A stretch of DNA of 64,000 nucleotides from Planctomycetota bacterium. GTDB lineage: Bacteria > Planctomycetota > UBA11346. Every line of letters begins with the position of its first letter. Within the stretch, counting starts at the first letter, position 1. The position numbers and the translations under genes are program-made. The notes under the pieces were generated by a model. The model saw only the letters and a list, made by a program, of their open reading frames with translations. It did no database searches and was not told where the DNA came from. Positions 9,828 through 17,169 of this stretch are shown one piece after another. Location: positions 32,001 to 96,000 of the forward strand of contig JBBRLJ010000005.1 in the NCBI GenBank assembly GCA_038231435.1, read 5' to 3'.

Positions 9828-10952
9828 ATGCTGCATGACATGAATCCCACGAATCCCATGATGCGAATCATCCTGGCCATCACCCTGGCCACGGCTTGGG
9901 AAGGCTCGGGCGAGGCCGCCGATCAGGTCACCCTGCACCTCTCTTCGGGCCAGACCGTCACCGGCGAGTTGGTGAGCGAGGACGCGGACAAGGTGGTATT
10001 GAAGTCCACGCTCGCGACCAAGAGCGGCAAGGCGATGTCGATGAGCAAGGACTACCCGCGCAACGAGGTCCTCGAGATCGTGCATCTCGCCGATCCCGAG
10101 GAGACCTACAAGACTCGCGCCGCCGCCGCGAAGACCGCCGACGACCAGGCGGCGCTGGCCACCTGGTGCCGCGACCAGGGCATGACCGAGCGCGCGGTGG
10201 CTCACGCAAGGAAGGCGCTGGCCATCGATCCCAAGCACGATGACGCGACCAAGCTGTTGGGGGGACTCGGCTGGGTCGAGGCCGATGGTGCGTGGGTCCT
10301 GGAGTCGGAGTGGCTGGCGGGCCAGGGGAAGGTGCGCTACCAGGGCAAGATCATGACCAACGCCGAAGCCGACGCGCTCAAGGCGCAGCTGCAGGAGAAG
10401 GACGCGGTTAAAGGAGCGCAACAGGCGGTGGATGACAAGACGGCCGCGCTCGCCGCGCTCGATCGGCGGATCGCCGACCTGCCGAAGCGGCCTGCGGAGA
10501 TCGATGCCGAGATCGCCAAGGCCAAGACCGATCTCACCACCGCGCAGGGCGGCGCGCAGCGGATCGCGGGCGCGAAGGCCACGCTCGATGGCGCGGAGAA
10601 ACGGCTCAGCGACGCGCAGGCCTCGGCGCGCGCGCCAGGCACGAACGGGCAGCCCGGCACGGGCAATGCCCCGGCCCAGAACTTCGCGCCGCTGCAACAG
10701 GCGGTCGAGGACGCGCAGAAGGCCTACAACGCGGCAAAACGCGAGACGCAGTCGGGCGATCAGGACTCCACGCGATCCAAATCCCGCATCGCGGCTCTCA
10801 CCGAGGAGAAGAAGACTCTCGAGAAGAAGGGCGCGGACCTGAAGGCGCAGCGCGAGGCCTTGGCCAAGGACCTTGAGCAGGCGAAGGCCGCTCTCGAGGC
10901 GAAGAAGAAGGCGGCCGCGTCGTCACCCCCGCCCGCGCCGCCCGCGCCATAA
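9828..10952 (+). CDS. Secreted protein with TPR-like segment and long coiled coil
   Basis: GGAGG before ATG 9828; signal peptide; 'LATWCRDQGM...ARKALAIDP' TPR-like helix pair; about 180 aa of Ala/Lys/Glu-rich heptads; Pro-rich tail. Confidence 0.7.
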   Translation: MLHDMNPTNPMMRIILAITLATAWEGSGEAADQVTLHLSSGQTVTGELVSEDADKVVLKSTLATKSGKAMSMSKDYPRNEVLEIVHLADPEETYKTRAAAAKTADDQAALATWCRDQGMTERAVAHARKALAIDPKHDDATKLLGGLGWVEADGAWVLESEWLAGQGKVRYQGKIMTNAEADALKAQLQEKDAVKGAQQAVDDKTAALAALDRRIADLPKRPAEIDAEIAKAKTDLTTAQGGAQRIAGAKATLDGAEKRLSDAQASARAPGTNGQPGTGNAPAQNFAPLQQAVEDAQKAYNAAKRETQSGDQDSTRSKSRIAALTEEKKTLEKKGADLKAQREALAKDLEQAKAALEAKKKAAASSPPPAPPAP

Positions 10953-11111
10953 GCGCGAAAAAACGTTTCCGGCTCCTCCACCGGGGCGCGCGGATTTCCG
11001 GGCATCTTATGCCTCGCGATCACGGAGTCCGCGCATCAACTGCGGTCATGCCGGCGGTCTTCTGTATGAGCACCGGCGCGGTGGCCCAGGCGCGCCCACG
11101 AGGCGACGGCG

Positions 11112-12944
11112 ATGGCTGATCGACACCGCCTGTCCCGCATCATCGCCTGGCGCCCCGTCGCCTTTCCGCTGCTGGCGAAGGAGCTGCAGGAGCTCTCGGC
11201 GCGGCGGCGCACCTACGTGCTGCGCTCCGTGTTCGCGCTGATCCTGCTCGGCTGCTTCCTGATCGCGTATTCTATCGCATGCCGAGGTGTCGACCCGATG
11301 CTGGGCATGCTCGGGCGCGGGCGGCCGCTGTTCGATCTGCTCTTCTGGACGTTGTCGATCGGCATCCTGCTGATCATGCCGGCCATCACCGGCGCAGTCA
11401 TCACCCAGGAAAAGGAGCAGGGATCACTGACCGCACTGCTGCTGACGCCCATGGGACCGTGGGAGATCCTGCTGCAGAAGTACGCGTCCGGCGTGTTCGC
11501 GATGTTCGGTGTCCTTTTGCTCGGCCTGCCGTTGTTCGCCACCTGCTACGCGTTCGGCGGTGTGGAGATCGAGCGCGTGTGGATCGCGGTCTATGTCCTA
11601 TCGCTCACCTGCCTGCAGGTCGGCGCGGTGAGCGTGATGGTCAGCGCCTGGTGCCGCAGCTCGACGGCGGCGATCTTCGCCAGCTATGTGCTGGTAGCCG
11701 CGCTGTACCTCGTCCAGCCGATCTATCTCGCCTGCGAGAGCAGCGGACCCTTGTCGAACATCTTCGGCGAGAACTTCCTCGGATATCATCGCTGGCGTGA
11801 GGGCGCGGTGCCGCCGATCCAGAGCCTGTGCCCGTTGATCTCCTACCGGTTGCCCGAATTGCAGAACCAGTGGTACAACTGGTACAGCGGCTCGATCCCG
11901 GCCTCGCCCGCCGATGCCGTGCGCCTGGTCCTGGTCAATAGCGGCTGTGCGGTGGCCAGCGTGGTGCTGATACTCCTCGCCGCTCGCATCGCGCTGGTGC
12001 GCCGCGCCGACGTGGTCGGCATGAACCAAGTACTGCGCGGCATGCTCGCGCTCGACCGCTGGTTCGTGCGCCTCGATGCGCGCATCGGCCGCAAGGCGCG
12101 CGCCGATCTGCCCACCGCTGATCCCGTCGCCTGGCGCGAGCTCAACCGCCGCTCGCTCGCCAACTGGCGCTACCTGTTCCGCATCTTCATCCCCATCGGC
12201 CTGGTGGTTCTGATATTGGGCACCATCGCCTGTGTCGGCTTCTACAGCCATCCAGGCAACATCGCGTGCATGTCGGCGGCGGTGCTGGGGATGTCTGCGC
12301 TTGCGCTGCTGGTACTGGGCACCGGACTGGTGGCATCGGAGCGCACCCAGCAGACCTTGGACGTCCTGCTCTCGACGCCGCTGTCGGCGCGCACGGTGCT
12401 GAACCAGAAGGCGAGGCCGCTCCGGCGCATCCACGCCGCCTGCGCGGTCGTCATGCTCATGCTGCTGTCGCTGCGGCTGCTATTCTTGCCGGCGGACATG
12501 CCGATCGCGATCGCCTACGTGCTGTTGACCGCGACCATGCTGCCAGCGGTGCTGTGGCTCGGCATTCTCGCCGGCATCGTCGCGCATCGCCGCGCGCGCG
12601 CGGTGACCCTGGCCCTGGCCCTGTGCGCGGCGTGGATGTTCGGCATCCCACTGATCACGCTCGCCGCCATGGTGGTGGTCCACGCGACGAACGTGGAGCC
12701 GCTCGCGATCGCCATGCACGTCAGTCCGCTGGGCTGCCTCGCCGCGATCGAGCCAGGCTCGGACATGCTAGATGTCGCAAGCGCGGCGATAGGCGACGAG
12801 AGCCAAAATGGTCAGCGGGTCGGGTTGTCCGTCTGGCACATGGCGGTGACGGTGGGATCGTGCATGGCGGTGTGGATCGGCGTTTCCGCCTACTGCCGGG
12901 CCCGCGCCGACCGGCATCTGCGCCGCGGTGGAAACCAGGCGTGA
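11112..12944 (+). CDS. ABC-2 type transporter permease with two tandem membrane domains
   Basis: Repeated 'KEL/WREL...E[KR]..[GQ][ST]L..LL.TP[ML]' signature twice; many TM helices. Confidence 0.8.
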   Translation: MADRHRLSRIIAWRPVAFPLLAKELQELSARRRTYVLRSVFALILLGCFLIAYSIACRGVDPMLGMLGRGRPLFDLLFWTLSIGILLIMPAITGAVITQEKEQGSLTALLLTPMGPWEILLQKYASGVFAMFGVLLLGLPLFATCYAFGGVEIERVWIAVYVLSLTCLQVGAVSVMVSAWCRSSTAAIFASYVLVAALYLVQPIYLACESSGPLSNIFGENFLGYHRWREGAVPPIQSLCPLISYRLPELQNQWYNWYSGSIPASPADAVRLVLVNSGCAVASVVLILLAARIALVRRADVVGMNQVLRGMLALDRWFVRLDARIGRKARADLPTADPVAWRELNRRSLANWRYLFRIFIPIGLVVLILGTIACVGFYSHPGNIACMSAAVLGMSALALLVLGTGLVASERTQQTLDVLLSTPLSARTVLNQKARPLRRIHAACAVVMLMLLSLRLLFLPADMPIAIAYVLLTATMLPAVLWLGILAGIVAHRRARAVTLALALCAAWMFGIPLITLAAMVVVHATNVEPLAIAMHVSPLGCLAAIEPGSDMLDVASAAIGDESQNGQRVGLSVWHMAVTVGSCMAVWIGVSAYCRARADRHLRRGGNQA

Positions 12945-13043
12945 TCGGTATCGTGGCCGGAAGCAGCTTGGATGGCGCGAGACTCGCGGTGCACCCATTC
13001 AGCGCGGCTCCAATGCGTGCGAAGATGTCTTTTAGGACAGACA

Positions 13044-13096
13044 AAATGTGATCTGAATCGTAAATAGCTCGCAGGTTGATCACGAAATGCCGTGAT
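13044..13096 (+). promoter_or_regulatory. AT-rich regulatory region with a CRP/FNR-like site and a second inverted repeat
   Basis: AAATGTGATCTGAATCGTAAAT (13044-13065; TGTGA-N6-TCGTA) and ATCACG-N6-CGTGAT (13079-13096), upstream of the glycosidase gene. Confidence 0.4.
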
Positions 13097-13215
13097 ATTG
13101 AGATATCGGCTAGTGGATGTAGGGTGAGGACGTGATGCGATGCCGACGTCTGGTTGTCACCCATGCCGCGCCGGCTCGTTCACTCGCAGCCGGCGCAGCC
13201 CGGCAGGAGAACCCG

Positions 13216-15984
13216 ATGATCCGCACCTCAGCCTCCATTCAGCCGCGTACCTTCCCTGCTTCCATCAGCTTTGTCAGCTTCGTCGTCTTCATCCTCGTGG
13301 CCTGCGGCGCTCGGCTTCACGCAGCCGACGGGAAGGGCAAGGTCGACGCGCCCAATGGAGACGCCGCCGCGCCGACCTGGGTGTGGTGGGAAGCCGAGAG
13401 CCCGACCAAGACCAATTTCAACGGCAAGGGATTCGTCGCGAGCCAATGGCCGGCGACCAAGGAGGGCCTGAGCGGCGGCGACTGGATGACGACCAGCACC
13501 AAGCAGGGCGACGAGCCGCTGTTCGCGGCCTACGACATCGAGACCCCGGTCGAGGCGACCTACACCTTCTTCACCCGCAAGTTCTATTCGCATGGCCCGT
13601 TCCGCTGGAAGTTCGACGAGCAGGAATGGACGAAGTGCGGACGCGACATTTCTCTGCTCGACACCTACGAGCTGGCGAAATCCGTGTGCGCGAACTGGGT
13701 GAACCTGGGCACGGTCAAGCTCGCCAAGGGCAAGCACGCGCTACGCATCGAGCTCACCGACGTCGAGAAGGGCAAGGAGTCGCTCGCCTGCTTCGACTGT
13801 TTCCTGCTCAGCGCCAAGCCCTTCGCGCCCAGTGGCAAGCTCAAGCCCGGCGAGAAGAGCGGCCTGCACGAGGAGGGCTGGTGGGCCTTCGAGCCCGAGA
13901 TCGACGCCTTCCACAAGGAGTCGCCGATCGATCTGCGCTACCTCAACGAGAAGAACGCCGGTGACGCCGGCTGGGTCAAGGCCAAGGGCCTGGATTTCAT
14001 CGACGGCAAGGGCAAGCCCATCAAGTTCTGGGGCGTGGGCTGGTCGCGCACCACCGCGCGCCAGAGCCACGCCGAGATCGATTGGCTGGCCGCGAAGATG
14101 GCGAAGTCAGGCGTCAACCTGGTGCGATTCCACGAGAACATCTTCGACCAGAAATCCAATGACCCCTTCGCCATCGACGCCGCCTACCTGGACCAGCTGC
14201 ACTACTGCATTGCCGCCTTGAAGAAGCAGGGCATCTACGTCGACATCTCGTGGTACTACGTGCTCGGCTACAACGGCAACCACGCCGCGCACGGTCTGCC
14301 CGGATACGACACGCTCAAGGGTGGCGACAAGGGTCACCCGACCTTCGCGCTGATGTACTTCGATCCGCACATGCAGGACATGTGGCGGGCGTGGGCCAAG
14401 GCGATGATGCTCTCGCCGAATCCCTATGACGGCTTGCCGATGGCCAAGGATCCGGCGGTGATGCTCTGCGAGGTCAACAACGAGGACAACCTGCTTTTCC
14501 ACACCCTCAATCCCGACGCCATCCCGAAGCCGTACTGGGACGAGCTCGAGAAGAAGTTCGGCGCCTGGCTGGCGAAGAAGTACGGCTCGCTCGACAAGGC
14601 CTTTGCCGATTTCCCCGGCCAGCACAACGGCCGCGACGACGCCGCCAAGGGCGTGGCCGAGGTGATGGGCGCGTGGAACATGTCCACCGACGGCGCGACC
14701 AAGTACGGACCCGACAAGAAGAAGCGCATGGAGAACCAGGTGCAGTTCCTGGCCGAGACTCAGCGCGATTGGTTCACCCAGGCGCGCGACTACTTCAAGA
14801 AGGACCTCGGCTATCCAGGGTTGATCAGTGCCAGCAACTGGTGCACCTGCGACGACCGCCTCTACGACAGTGTCGAGCGCTGGACCTACCAGGTCGGCGA
14901 CGTCATCGACCGCCATGGCTACTACGGCAAGGGAGACATGAGGGTGGGCGGCGATTTCCACATGATGAGCGCGCTCCTGGCGCCGCAGCACTCGTCGATC
15001 CCGCTGGTGCAAGAGGAGGGCTTCCCGCACATCCAGACCGAGATCAATTGGATCAAGCCCAACCCGAAGACCGTCGAGATGGCGTACCTGTGCAGCACCT
15101 ACGGTGCGCTCCAGGGCATGGACGCGTGGTACTACTTCTGCATCGGCAGCTCGTTCTGGCTCGCAGGCACCAGCAGCGGGCCGGTGATGGTGCCGTCGGT
15201 GATCCTGCAGCCTGCGTACGCGCTGCAGTTCCGCCGCCACGACGTGCAGGAGGCGCCGACGGTGGTGCACCAGGTGTTGCCGCTCGAGGGTCAGTTCGCG
15301 ATGCAGGGCTGCACCAAGTTCGGCGAGAACTCCGATAGCGCGGCTCAGCAGAAGGAGGGCCAGGCCGCCAACGGCCCGCTCGACCCGATGACCCCGTTCG
15401 TGGGCCGCATCACCCGCACCGTCGCCGAGAGCGCGAAGATCGCCAAGACCGACGTGCCGAAATCCGAGGACATCTCCACGTACATCGACCGTGACAAGAA
15501 GACCGTGACCTCGATCACCCACGAATGCCTGCTCGACTGGGGCAACGGCGTCTCGACCGTCAATACTCCGAAAAGCCAGGGTGCATGTGGCTTCCTGGCC
15601 AAGGTGGGCACCTACGCTCTCGGCGACGTGACCATCACCTCCAGGAACGAGTACGGCGCGGTGCAGGTCATCAGTCTCGACGATCAGCCATTGAAGACCT
15701 CGCGCAGGATTCTCATCCAGGCCTTCACCGAGGAGAAGGCCTACGGCTGGAAGTTCGAGCTCGCCAAGGACGACGCGGATCCAAATCGCAAGGAATACAA
15801 GGTCACCAACCAGGGCACCTGGCCGCTGAACATCCGCGACATCGCCTCGACGGTTACCTTCAAGGCCCCGTTCAAGACGGCGACGGTGCTCGATGAGAAC
15901 GGCGACGCGGTATCGAAACTGCCGGTGGCTGGGCTCGCGATCGAGCTTCCGGCGCATGCGCTGTTCGTGGTCATCGAGCGATAG
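13216..15984 (+). CDS. Secreted clan GH-A (GH5-like) glycoside hydrolase with N-terminal CBM-like domain
   Basis: AGGAG RBS; signal peptide; 'GVNLVRFH', 'LKKQGIYV', 'NPY.G.....DP....EVNNED' (acid/base) and 'TEINW' (nucleophile). Confidence 0.7.
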   Translation: MIRTSASIQPRTFPASISFVSFVVFILVACGARLHAADGKGKVDAPNGDAAAPTWVWWEAESPTKTNFNGKGFVASQWPATKEGLSGGDWMTTSTKQGDEPLFAAYDIETPVEATYTFFTRKFYSHGPFRWKFDEQEWTKCGRDISLLDTYELAKSVCANWVNLGTVKLAKGKHALRIELTDVEKGKESLACFDCFLLSAKPFAPSGKLKPGEKSGLHEEGWWAFEPEIDAFHKESPIDLRYLNEKNAGDAGWVKAKGLDFIDGKGKPIKFWGVGWSRTTARQSHAEIDWLAAKMAKSGVNLVRFHENIFDQKSNDPFAIDAAYLDQLHYCIAALKKQGIYVDISWYYVLGYNGNHAAHGLPGYDTLKGGDKGHPTFALMYFDPHMQDMWRAWAKAMMLSPNPYDGLPMAKDPAVMLCEVNNEDNLLFHTLNPDAIPKPYWDELEKKFGAWLAKKYGSLDKAFADFPGQHNGRDDAAKGVAEVMGAWNMSTDGATKYGPDKKKRMENQVQFLAETQRDWFTQARDYFKKDLGYPGLISASNWCTCDDRLYDSVERWTYQVGDVIDRHGYYGKGDMRVGGDFHMMSALLAPQHSSIPLVQEEGFPHIQTEINWIKPNPKTVEMAYLCSTYGALQGMDAWYYFCIGSSFWLAGTSSGPVMVPSVILQPAYALQFRRHDVQEAPTVVHQVLPLEGQFAMQGCTKFGENSDSAAQQKEGQAANGPLDPMTPFVGRITRTVAESAKIAKTDVPKSEDISTYIDRDKKTVTSITHECLLDWGNGVSTVNTPKSQGACGFLAKVGTYALGDVTITSRNEYGAVQVISLDDQPLKTSRRILIQAFTEEKAYGWKFELAKDDADPNRKEYKVTNQGTWPLNIRDIASTVTFKAPFKTATVLDENGDAVSKLPVAGLAIELPAHALFVVIER

Positions 15985-16248
15985 GCCGTCACCCGCCGTC
16001 TCCTGCCCCGCGCCAACCCGCGCTGGCAGTTGGGCAGGCAGCGAGCGGCCGCGTTGCCATCTGCTCACCGTCGCGCCTGGAAAGCACGGAGGTGTCGAGA
16101 ACGATCATGGTGTACCCGACCCGCACGCGCGGGCGGGCTCATCGCGTGCCTGGATCCGGAATCGTCGCTATGATGTTCGGCGAACTCCGGCATCCGTCCG
16201 GGGCCGGCGCGCTCGCCGCACGCCGCTGACGCCGCAACGAAAGACCGC

Positions 16249-17145
16249 ATGGGTATCCTCGATCGCGCTATCGATCTGCTCGTGCGCGCCACACGTGGAA
16301 TCCCACCGGGCCTGGCCTGGACGGTGGGAGGCGCCATCGGCGAGATATTCTCGGTGCTGCCGATGCGCGATCCGCGACGCTGCCGCGAGCATCTCGCGAA
16401 AGCCTATCCGGCCAGCGACTCCGCCTGGATCACGAACACGGCGAGCAGGTGCTTCCGCCACATGGGCTCGATGGCGCTGTGGTCGATCGCGGTGATGGGC
16501 CGCGATGCGCGCTCGCTACGCCGTGGCGTGATGGTCGAGGGAGCCGACAACGTGCGCGCCACGGTGCGCGCCTGCCGACGCGGCGAGGGCACGGTGGGCT
16601 TCTCGGGCCACTTCGGCAATTGGGAGCTGTTCGCGCGCGTCGGCCCGACGCTGTTCCCGGTGACCCTGGTCGGGCGCCGCCTGCGCAGTCCGCTCGCCGA
16701 CCGGCTGGTGCAGGCGGCGCGGCGCAGCGGCGGCGCCCGCGTCGTCTACCAGGACGAGGACATCCGCGTCGCCCTGCGCGAACTGCGTTCGGGCCGCATG
16801 CTCGGCGCACTCGCCGATCAGGACGTGCCGCGCCTCGCCGGAGTGTTCGTGCCGTGGTTCGGCGAGGACGCCTACACGCCATCCGGCCCGGCGATGCTCG
16901 CGCTGATGTCCGGCGGCGCCGCGCAGCCGGTCTTCCTCTACCGCCGCGGCTCGCGTTGGGTCATGCACTTCGGCCCGCGCCGCATCTTCCCGCGCACCGC
17001 CGACCGCGCCGCCGACGTCCGCGCCATCACCGCCTGGGCGATGGCCTACGAGGAGCGCCTGGTGCGCGGTTCGCCGCATCAATGGGTGTGGTGGCACCGC
17101 CGCTGGAAGACGCGGCCCGAGGACGTCGCGGCGCGAGTGGCCTGA
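16249..17145 (+). CDS. Lipid A late acyltransferase (LpxL/HtrB)-like lysophospholipid acyltransferase
   Basis: HFGNWE, LADQD, 'FVPWFG..A', 'P.QW.W.HRRWK' motifs. Confidence 0.88.
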   Translation: MGILDRAIDLLVRATRGIPPGLAWTVGGAIGEIFSVLPMRDPRRCREHLAKAYPASDSAWITNTASRCFRHMGSMALWSIAVMGRDARSLRRGVMVEGADNVRATVRACRRGEGTVGFSGHFGNWELFARVGPTLFPVTLVGRRLRSPLADRLVQAARRSGGARVVYQDEDIRVALRELRSGRMLGALADQDVPRLAGVFVPWFGEDAYTPSGPAMLALMSGGAAQPVFLYRRGSRWVMHFGPRRIFPRTADRAADVRAITAWAMAYEERLVRGSPHQWVWWHRRWKTRPEDVAARVA

Positions 17146-17169
17146 GCGACAGCGACCCCACGCCGGCGA

